Shown here piece after piece: positions 43,707 through 52,878 of a stretch of 64,000 nucleotides of DNA. A model generated the notes under the pieces. The model had not been told where the DNA came from and did not search any database. It saw only the letters and a list, made by a program, of their open reading frames with translations. Source of the DNA: Cyanidioschyzon merolae (lineage: Eukaryota); assembly GCA_000091205.1 (NCBI GenBank), contig AP006491.2, one strand, 5' to 3'. The translations under genes and the position numbers were made by a program. Position 1 is the first letter of the stretch; the number at the start of each line of letters is the position of its first letter.

Positions 43707-44593
43707 GGGCCCACCTCGTAAGCAAGCTTTCAAGTCGCGTTTACCGATCAGTATTGCCATGCATTCTGCACTGTCCATAAACGTACCCAGGAAGTGGCTG
43801 TCACTGCTGGTCGAGCAGGTTCCCGGAACGATGCTACGTCTTGCGTCTTGGACGATTATTGTTCCGGAGTATGGAACAGGCGGATCTTTTTTTGATTCGT
43901 CCATGATGTACAGAGAATCTACCATGATCATAATGGAAATCGTGCGCCCTGAGTAAATGTCGACAGCGGCCTGCGCGGAGCGCCGAGTTATAAACAGTAC
44001 CGGGTAATTCGACACTGGAGCGAATCAAATACAAAGGTCTAAGCGTTGCAAATGAACCCCACAGGAAGGCATGGGTATGCGCCGGCGTGCTGCAGCGGGC
44101 AACTGGACCCTTCTCATCTAGTCATGCGTGAAGGTTATCATCACGATGGCCGGTAGTAGAACCTGAAACGCTTTCATCGTGGATGCCACCTTCTCGGGCC
44201 AAGCCGGATGGCCCTCATCACAATGAATGGAAGCAAAAGCCCGGTATCCTTTTATCCCGAACAGGCAAGGCCAGCAGAAGCATCATGTTTCGTAACAGAC
44301 TGCTGCTCAACGAGCTTCGGATTCGACGGCGTACGATGCGAGCAGCCCCAGGCCATCTGCAAGCTGCAACGTGACAGAGATTATTCTCGCACAGCGAAAA
44401 AAGTCTTTCTCATTCGGGACGCCTGCATCCCTCGCAAGCGCTCGCAGCCACTTACGCGCAGTTTTGGAAGCTTCGTCTTCCACAAGCCGACTGCGAGGAT
44501 CGCTCGCAAAATCATGATAATTGAGCACCGATATTCAGTAAGCGTTCTGCGAAAGCCCAATCTTTCTTCCTAACAACCACCCACAAGGCGATG

Positions 44594-44989
44594 CTACGTG
44601 CAGGTCGCTACCCCCGTAAAAGTCGAGGTTGTCGTACCACCTGTTCCACAGGTAAAGCGGTACAGCAACCGACCTGCTTCCGCGCACTCGAGCACCAAGT
44701 TTCCATTCCCAGTCGTACCGGACGCACGAAGGAGTTCATTCAGATCAAACCGAGTAGTTTGTGAACGAATAGTCGCCAGGTTTTGGTCGTTCTGTTCCAA
44801 TGCAGACACGTGCGCCCGGAGTTGGGAAACAACAGCCCGCAACTCTGCGTTCTCAGCTGACGCTTTCCGCACAGCAACATCTAAAGAACTAGCCACCGTG
44901 CCAAAGCAGGTCCCGAAAGATCCTACAAAAAGACTTATCCCAATAAGTATGACGAGAGCCTGCCAAGGCTTGAGACTGAAAGTTTGCAT
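44594..44989 (-). CDS. small type-II single-pass membrane protein, novel paralog 1 (132 aa from Met MQTFSLKPW; ORF opens at 45163)
   Basis: A TM helix (ALVILIGISLFVGSFG), a coiled-coil segment, and a C-terminal Cys motif ...ECAEAGRLLYRFTCGTGG...TGVATCT shared with 45278..45712. Confidence 0.45.
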   Translation of the reverse strand: MQTFSLKPWQALVILIGISLFVGSFGTCFGTVASSLDVAVRKASAENAELRAVVSQLRAHVSALEQNDQNLATIRSQTTRFDLNELLRASGTTGNGNLVLECAEAGRLLYRFTCGTGGTTTSTFTGVATCT

Positions 44990-45277
44990 CTTCGAACAAT
45001 ACTTGTCTTTACAAAACAGAGTAGGAAAAAGAATTTTAATGAGATGCAAGCGGCGTAAAGGTGCGTGTTGCGCGCCGTCACGCGGAGCATCCGTTGATCC
45101 CAGTGTCACGAATCGACGACACCAGTGCAACAAACAAGCGACGGCGGCCGGCGGCAACAACACATATCGATGGAAAAATTGCCACTACGTGCTGGAGATC
45201 ACTGGAGGGATCGGATCGCATCGATCGATCCGTGTCTGCTCTGCTCACCATCGCATCTAGCGTTGTTTCTCTCAAAA
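44990..45277. promoter_or_regulatory. 288-bp shared divergent intergenic region between the two paralogous small membrane-protein genes
   Basis: Head-to-head arrangement. Inferred bidirectional promoter. Confidence 0.35.
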
Positions 45278-45712
45278 ATGACGCAACGGAGTTACCACCT
45301 TACGCCAGTATTCGTATGCTGCTTCTGGATTATGGCGTGGTTCGTTTGCATATTTACGTTAGGAGCGGTGGAGGCTTTGGGACGCTTTTCTCTGGGAAGT
45401 ACAAGGGAGGGCGTGCTTGCGGCACTTGTAGAGGACAATATTCGCCTGCGAAATGAAGCACGCATTCTGCTCAACCGCTTGAACCACTTTGAGGCTTCGA
45501 ACAGGCGTCAGATTTTGGTTTCCCACGGCAGCGTGCCAGGAGTCTATCCGTATGGAGGTATTTTCAATACCACCGTGCGTGCGAGCACGGGCAGCGGCGG
45601 AGCGGCGACTTCCGTGATTGAGTGCGCCGCGACCGAGAGAGTCCTGTACCGTTTTTCATGCCCAGCAGACGTTGTAGCCGCCACGACGATGACCGGTGTG
45701 ATTGACTGTTAA
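45278..45712 (+). CDS. small type-II single-pass membrane protein, novel paralog 2 (144 aa from Met MTQRSYHL; ORF opens at 45125)
   Basis: A TM helix (VFVCCFWIMAWFVCIFTLGAV), a coiled-coil segment, and a C-terminus ...ECAATERVLYRFSCPADV...TGVIDC homologous to paralog 1. Confidence 0.45.
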   Translation: MTQRSYHLTPVFVCCFWIMAWFVCIFTLGAVEALGRFSLGSTREGVLAALVEDNIRLRNEARILLNRLNHFEASNRRQILVSHGSVPGVYPYGGIFNTTVRASTGSGGAATSVIECAATERVLYRFSCPADVVAATTMTGVIDC

Positions 45713-45731
45713 CGGAACGCGCTTCGAGCGT

Positions 45732-46352
45732 TCACTGCGTTTCGAAAAAGTCAAGTGTTTGCCAACCGAGACGATCCCGAATTCGTTCCAAACGTTTTCT
45801 GTTGGACCCAAAGTCACCAAGCGGTTGATGGAAAGGATATATATAGGTGACCTTCTGTGACCTCGATCGGTAAAGTACAAGCTTCTCCTCAGGTCGGAGC
45901 AGAAACTCGATGTCGTCCTCGCCGCCCGGTGGAAATACACTCGGTGCAGTCGCATGTAGATAGAAACCATCCACTTCGCGGACAGCGACGCCAGGCTCCG
46001 CTCTTACCGCCGCCTCGAGTGCCGACCAGGCTTCTCGAGGACTATCAGTGACTGTAGCATACGACCACGGCGCGCCGTACTTGACGGGACTCCCGATTGC
46101 GGAAGAGGAGACACAGTTTTCTTCGCTGCCACAGCTCCCGAGCGACTTGATCTGCACCGCCGAGAAAATGCCACCATCGGCACTGGAAACTGGCACTCGA
46201 AAAGCCCCTTCAAGCGAAAGTGCAATCATGACAGCAGCGCAAGCTGACGATCGTCCCCAGGGAGTAGCGGCCGTGGCCGCTAGTCGGAAGCTGCGCCAGC
46301 TCCTGTGCAGGGCGAAACGGCGAGTTCTGACCCTGGAATTGACCACAAACAT
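45732..46352 (-). CDS. DUF1499-family protein with an N-terminal organelle-targeting-like extension (206 aa)
   Basis: Arg/Ser-rich N-terminus followed by ...LGSCGSEENCVSSSA, which resembles the DUF1499 CPxxPNCVSS signature. Confidence 0.45.
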   Translation of the reverse strand: MFVVNSRVRTRRFALHRSWRSFRLAATAATPWGRSSACAAVMIALSLEGAFRVPVSSADGGIFSAVQIKSLGSCGSEENCVSSSAIGSPVKYGAPWSYATVTDSPREAWSALEAAVRAEPGVAVREVDGFYLHATAPSVFPPGGEDDIEFLLRPEEKLVLYRSRSQKVTYIYPFHQPLGDFGSNRKRLERIRDRLGWQTLDFFETQ

Positions 46353-46699
46353 GTCTGTACCCTAGAAAATCCTACTTATTCCTAACGTTATTCGGAAGTG
46401 TATCTGACGTTCGCGCAGAGGTATCGTTTGACCACCACAGGAACCTAATGGTGATCGATAAGAGTCAGCGGCCAACTGTTTGCAAAAATTACAGCGCCGC
46501 TGTGTAGCCGGGTAACCCGTACCTCAACATAGTCGCTCTTGAAAGCGTTAAGTTGGCGTTACAGGCAGTTCGCTGACTCCGAATCGAGTACATCTTTGGT
46601 ACGAAAAGAATCAAGCAAGCTCTTATAGTCTTTAACGTCAATTCTGTTGAATCCTTAAGTGAAAGTAATCAACTGCTTTTTCGCGGTCCACGGCAAACG

Positions 46700-47215
46700 T
46701 GTTCGAAGTACGCTGTTTTTTAAGAATAGAAAATCCTAGGCTAAGTTATGGACTTGCAAGTCGCGAATCGAGGAAGGCCATCACCGCCGGCTGCCGACAG
46801 AAGAAAAAGCAAAAATCCTCTTCTCGCCGAACATCAAACGAAGAAAAGCAAGTGACGAAGAAGAAGAGCGGAGATATGCGAGAAAAGGCGTTCGTACGAC
46901 GGGGCGATGACGAGGCTGTAGTGGCATAGAGGTCGCGAACTCTAGGAATCTTTGCAATGGTACGTTCCACCAGCGGCAGCAAACGCATGCAGTTCGTGGA
47001 CCGAGACTTCAGCACCGCCATGAATATCAGACGATGTATGATGCTGAAGAAGAGAACTGAGGAGCTGACGCGATCCAACGTCGTGGTGCAGCCTCTCAGG
47101 CTCGAAGTGTGCCTGCGTAAACTGAAACCGATAGCAGTGGTCCGGTCACAAAAGTCTGGGAGACGTCTGCGCGTGGGTGTATCTGTATACACTCTATGGT
47201 CGTTGAACGTTTATC
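46700..47215 (+). mobile_element. old diverged Family-B right-end relic (B4) with a decayed RuvC-III (DRDFSTAMNI at 47005-47028) and a conserved hairpin GGGTGTATCTGTATACACTC (47175-47194)
   Basis: ORF 46957..47433 (SKRMQFVDRDFSTAMNIRRCMML...LRLEVCLRKLKPIA) is about 70% identical to the B1 relic. Upstream, KKSGDMREKAFVRRGDDEAVVA parallels KNGDRRGTVFVEWNDDETVAEQ. Confidence 0.65.
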
Positions 47216-48346
47216 TTTTTGCCGATCACAAACAGAGACTGCGTGAATACGTTACGGGGCTGGCGCTGCGGATGAGCCAACTTCCATACGAGCTCGATGG
47301 AAGGGCCCGGAGACAAGGACACCGCAGCGTTCCAATGCACTCTGTAGGGTTTGTAACCCAACCTGTCTTTCACACAATGAACACATTTCCCACCATGCTC
47401 CACCAGATACGTATCTTTGTTTCCAATTTTTAAGAGACTTTGCAACAGATGCTGGATGCATCCAATTTTCTTTCCGTCAACAGGAGCTCGCTCGCATCAA
47501 TTCCCGGTACACACACATCCATCGCAGTGCTGTTAGAGCGGCTGATGCGATTTTTAATTTCGGTAATGAAGATGTTTCAAGCCGATGTGATCCTCCAAAG
47601 CAAAATGTCTTACAGAGTCCATTGCTGTGGGCCTGAAACCAACAACGCCTGCTTGACTGGTCGAATAACAGGGTAGAGGTGAGCGCGCCATCAACTCGCA
47701 TCTTGCGAAAGTTCTCCCCGCACCCGGAATTCGAAAACCAAGCGCATCACTGGTCGAACAGGCACCGAAACTCCGGCAAGGACAGCAAGATGTTAGATGT
47801 TGGAATGTCACCTTTGGCGTCGGTGACTCACGTGGGCAACGGCAGGTATTTGCACCTGCTGCGCATAAATTCTTGCCATTTTACTCGATGCATTAGAGAA
47901 GTGGCATTATTCAAAGCAATACGGCTGCGCACGATGTCTGCACCGAGAGCCCTCGTGCAGCAATTCCGAACATTAACGGAGAAAGACGTGCTTGAGCTTT
48001 TCAAGTAAGTACCGTACCAGTGTGAAACCTGTTTAGGCGACTCCTTCATGCGTTCGTCGCGCACCGCTTCGTTTTGAATAGTCCATCGTGCGGTTTGGTG
48101 CTATAGTCGTGATCAGCGGACACAAGCGAATTTTGAATCACGCAGCACCGCAGAAAAAGACAAGCCGTCGAAGCTCCGTGTCGACGACGTCTGCGCAGCG
48201 CTCAGCCGCTCCAACAAGTCATCGGTTGCAAGACCGATGGCCGTAATCGAGCTTTTCGCTCTTCTGCGCAGTGCGGGACAAGCGCTCGCAACGGATACAC
48301 GATGCGCCACGTAGTGCATCGAACTGCGGCGGAATGGGTGAAACCG

Positions 48347-50332
48347 TCAACAGGGAGCCCTTTTTCTCGTCAAGTCGGGGTCACTGCTATCTGCAGCATC
48401 CTGTGGAGTATATCGCCTGCGGAAAAATATCTCGAGTTCCCTTGTCGTGAGCTGGCGAAACGTTGGACGCCCATGCGGACACGTGCGAGGTGCTTTCGTT
48501 CGGAGCCATTGGTCCACCAATGACTGCATCCTCTCTCGATCCAATTGCGTTCCGTTCTTCACCGCTGCCCTGCAGGCGAGAAGCGCTAAGCGATCCTCCA
48601 GACTGGATGCAGAACCGAGTGCTTGTAGCAGGAATTGCATCTTTCGCTCAGACTGCGACCTGGGGCAATCATTCTCAGGGTCTAGGAGTCCCGCTTCGAT
48701 GAACATTTGCGGGGCGCGTTCCACTTTCCATTCCAATGGACCGATCATGGTCATGTGGATGCCCAGGGATTCTCGCAGCTCCTCGACCTGAGCTTGAGCG
48801 AACAGACCTCGCATAATAATTGGTTCGCGGAGCTCGACAATATTACGCGCCAGAGACGTATACTGGTCCCTGTACTTTTCGTAGAGCACGCGTTCGTGTG
48901 CGGTATGCTGTTCAATAATCCAAATATCACCGCTCTCCATATTGGTGGCGATGATGTAGGTCTTACCAATCTGGGTCATGGCTTCGAGTCTGAGCAGCTG
49001 GTTACTTTGGGGTTCATCAGCGGCACCGTTTAAGGCGCCTTCTTCCATATCGATAAGTTTCCGAAGATAGGTCGATGCAAATAAGTCTGCGGCGGATACC
49101 TCTGATAGCGGCATCGAGAAGCAACGATCGATGCCCTCTCGAAGTTTCTGAAACCAGTACTCGGGGTCACGTAAACGCATCATAGTTTTCATCGGGTGAA
49201 TATTCCAATCGACATCTCTTCCAGGGCATCTTATGTGAATGAAGATTATCGGGAAGCGACCGGAAGGTAACGTGTGCTGCACATGGCTCAGCGCCGCGTT
49301 CACGAGGTCCGCGTTCTGTACAGCTCTACCGTTCACAGCCACAATGACCGCATCCGCCCGTGAGCGATGGTGCCCCCGGTCCGGATACCCGAGCACACAG
49401 AGGACTTGATCGCTAGCGAAAGCACCACACTCCTCAGGCGCAATTTCCATGATCTGACTAAACATGCGGATAAGGGCGTGCTTAGCTCGCTCTGTCTCCG
49501 ATTCCTCGTCAGAGAATTCAAGTTTGCCGTATAGGGTAAGAAGATTGCGTCCGCTATCTCGAACTCTCCAAGAAACGTTCGGATGGCATAAAGCCGTTGC
49601 GCGGACGAAGGATAGGAGCTGTTGCCGCAGCTGCCTCTTGTGCGGCATGGCGGAACGCCGCGGGGCAAACTGTTCGTCGCAAAAGAGACCAGTGACCTGG
49701 ACAATGGTTCCCTGGGGAAGGCCGACAGGCTCAACCGGTTTCGTTTCAACTTGTTGTGGGCTGTATTGAATCATGTAACCACAGGGGCTGGTCTCCCCTT
49801 TCGAGCGAACCTCAATACACGCACAGAGCTGGGATATTGCCCAGAGACCCTGACCTCGAAAGCCGAGTGTGTGCACCCGTCCAGCAACGAGCTGCTCCAG
49901 TGAGGCGAGCTTACTCGTCGCGTTCTGCTGAAGACAACGTTCAAGGTCATTTGGCCTCATCCCTCGTCCATTATCTCGTACGACGATATTGCCAGCATCA
50001 AAGTCGATGTCGATCTCCACCGCGGTGGCCTCCGCGTCCAGCGCGTTCTCGACGAGCTCTCGCACAGCAGCGACGGGGCTATCAATGACTTCGCCACTCG
50101 CTATTCGCTGAATGACCTCTGTAGGCAAGACGGAGATCCGCAAGGTCAACGGTACTGACCTCCTTGGGGATGTTCGTCGATAAACGGATCTCGGACAGAG
50201 CTTCAACGGCGTTGACGACCAAGGCTGCGCTGGGCTCAGAACAACCCGTCGTGATGATGCGTCGCTTTGCTGCAGCTTGCCCACGTTGCTCGAGATATGC
50301 TTTCTTCTGATGAAACAATATGATATGAACAT
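48347..50332 (-). CDS. DNA mismatch repair protein MutL homolog, compact bacterial-type with endonuclease motif and an N-terminal targeting-like extension (661 aa)
   Basis: GHKL ATPase N-terminus (VIQRIASGEVIDSPVAAVRELVENALDA, VRDNGRGM). C-terminal dimerisation domain carrying DQHA(x)2E(x)4E as EQHTAHERVLYE, and CPHGRP. About 55 N-terminal residues precede the conserved core. Confidence 0.85.
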   Translation of the reverse strand: MFISYCFIRRKHISSNVGKLQQSDASSRRVVLSPAQPWSSTPLKLCPRSVYRRTSPRRSVPLTLRISVLPTEVIQRIASGEVIDSPVAAVRELVENALDAEATAVEIDIDFDAGNIVVRDNGRGMRPNDLERCLQQNATSKLASLEQLVAGRVHTLGFRGQGLWAISQLCACIEVRSKGETSPCGYMIQYSPQQVETKPVEPVGLPQGTIVQVTGLFCDEQFAPRRSAMPHKRQLRQQLLSFVRATALCHPNVSWRVRDSGRNLLTLYGKLEFSDEESETERAKHALIRMFSQIMEIAPEECGAFASDQVLCVLGYPDRGHHRSRADAVIVAVNGRAVQNADLVNAALSHVQHTLPSGRFPIIFIHIRCPGRDVDWNIHPMKTMMRLRDPEYWFQKLREGIDRCFSMPLSEVSAADLFASTYLRKLIDMEEGALNGAADEPQSNQLLRLEAMTQIGKTYIIATNMESGDIWIIEQHTAHERVLYEKYRDQYTSLARNIVELREPIIMRGLFAQAQVEELRESLGIHMTMIGPLEWKVERAPQMFIEAGLLDPENDCPRSQSERKMQFLLQALGSASSLEDRLALLACRAAVKNGTQLDRERMQSLVDQWLRTKAPRTCPHGRPTFRQLTTRELEIFFRRRYTPQDAADSSDPDLTRKRAPC

Positions 50333-51569
50333 ACTTGACTACCCTGGTGGTCACTAAAACCGCACGACGACTCTCCACATCAGCGCAGCGGATTATCGGT
50401 GATGTGATATGGATATTCGTGTCTGAGAAGCCACGCCAACGCGTTCCCGCTGATCGCAGTCCGGTGCTTTTGTGGCGAAACCTGCACCAGATTCAAAGGG
50501 AACAAAAAGCCACTCATTCTAAGACTGAATTTCGTTCTTTCCGAGCTTTTTGTCAGATGAGCAGCCTCGACATCCGAAGTGCATCAGTAAGGGCACTGCG
50601 GATTCATGCAAAGCTTGAGGAGTTTCGGGGGTGTTTTCGGAGTGACCCCTTCGACGCTCTGCAGCCAGAATTCGTCCGTCATCGGTACCAGGACGATTCG
50701 CGACGGCCTCGAAGAAGGACCCCTAAACTAAGCGACGGCACCATTGAATTCACATGTACGAGACTCCAGGCCGCTCGTTTCCATGCGTTCAGGGTGTCCT
50801 ACTCACGCATGCCTCGCACGCTCGACCTTTCTGTTCCAGGGCAACTCGTAGGCACAACAACTCGCGCTCCTTCGTTGACGGGTAAGTAAATCGACTTTAT
50901 GCGTTGGCGGCATGCTCACAATATCATGCGCAAACTTCACCGAAATTCTCGCTTCGAAAAAATAGACTCCGTTCAAACGACACATCCGGCTCTCTTTGGA
51001 GCCAACTAGGCATCGGCTTTGCACAGAAGCAGTTTCCCGTCGACGGGGCATGCTCCCAGAGGCTCCCGGCTCTTGTCATCGGAAACCGGACTCGGGCTCG
51101 GGCTCGGACTTTAGTCATCGCGGAGGTCGCTTCTGGTACGGTCTGCATCACTGCCTTGGACGAGCGCAGCGGACATAGATCGAATTCTCTGGGCTTGTTC
51201 ACCAACCGGGATTTCCCTTCCTGGGCTTGTTCACCATCGACATCATCGCATGGCACAAGTCCACTGTCGACTGGGACAGCGTGCGTCTGCGTGTCCAGCG
51301 CGCAGGGCACTTGCCCAGCGCATGACCCCGAAGAAGCCCGTGATCGTCGAGTGCAGCACCGGTCGCGCAAAAGCATGAGGGCATCGAGGCGAGCGTTCTG
51401 TGCACGCTCACGGCATGTATCTGGCGCAGGAACAAGTGCTCAAGCAACACAGGGCCTCTTGTCTGAAGAGACTGCGTTGTAGTCACATGGGATCACCTGA
51501 TGACGCAGACAGGTCACCGCTGCAACAAGGCGCACAGCGTCTGTATACAACGAGGATGGAAATGGCAAA

Positions 51570-51862
51570 CGCAGCGTAGATCGCAACCTTTGCGTGTGCT
51601 CGAAAGACGTCAACAACGAGCCGGAAGCGGCGAAATCGGGACTTGAGCGCTGCTATCAACATGGTTCGTCTGTCGGCACCTGAGCTGGTGGGAAAAAGAT
51701 AGACCAGCGCGTTTGAAGCTGGATAGCAGAGTTAGGAACAGTAAACACGTGCAGAGACATCCCGTAGCGGCTTGTGTTGATGATAGCGAGAAGGGACCCA
51801 AACCTGAGCGTGTACTTCCGTGTTAGATAAGTTGGCCCGTTCCGTTCTATTCTGACATAGTT
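51570..51862 (-). mobile_element. old diverged Family-B left-end fragment (B6), terminus ...CTGACAT at 51862
   Basis: About 75% identical to 41660-41962 (B5) over roughly 300 bp, and homologous to the B1/B2 terminal region. Confidence 0.55.
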
Positions 51863-52878
51863 GTAGAGGCTGCCCCTGCCATTGATGCTTTCCTTTGAAA
51901 ACTTGAAACCCCGCTGACGCGGCCCATTCCCCAAGTTGCATGCAGCGTGATCTCCGATGGCTGCGAACGCAGTAGCTTGCGAACGGTACAGGAGCGATCT
52001 CTCTAAACGCCATTTTCCGCTGAATCGTTCCATAACCGCTCGCCTTCGAGACGGACGTGCGCCCCACAGCCATGATATCCAATCTTTCGCATTCTGGAGG
52101 CGGTGGGGGCGGGAGGCGGCTATACGCATCCAGAGGCGATAGTCTCCATGATACCTAGAAAAGCAAGGGTATTCGGGATGCCCTTCCAGGCGATGTCGTG
52201 ACGTATGCTAGTTGCGCTGAAAACAAGATGGTATGTACCACAAAGCAGATACATTACAGGTGGAAACGGACAATGCAGTGAATTCTACGTGAATTGCCAA
52301 CCAAACTAGCGGGGTTTTCACTGATCCATGTAAACTCAGAGGCATGCGAGCGCGCTTGTAGGCAGCGAAACACCCCAGAGCACCCCAAATGCATAATGTA
52401 TGGCGCTGTGCAACTCAAAAGGCCGCCCACTCTACTTTGCATCGCCACTTGGCCGGATGGTAAACGGAAGCTGTCTTCTTTTGCGCTCATGGTGCAAGTC
52501 AACTGGAGAATGAGGTTCATGTGCTAACTAAGGGCACCAGTAACCTATGCAGAGTGAAAGGATGCAAATGAGACAGTACTCATATGACACGTGTTGCGCG
52601 CAAAAACCGTTTTCCATGAGTAACGCATGTGGCTGAGCATCACAATCGAGACGAGCGCGATCATCTGGGAAGATCCTGCAGCGAAATCTGGCGCATGAAA
52701 ATGAACGCGATGATCAGTCGGCGGTAGCGCAGTTCCCGGCAAGCACAGCGCCACGATGCGTAGCGATCGCGTTGCCCCACCAGGAACGGAACCCTGAGAC
52801 CTGCCAGGAGGCGCGAGGAGAACACCTTTCGTTTAGACCTAAGACTGCCTGGCGCAGCGTTCACAACCGAACGCGCTT

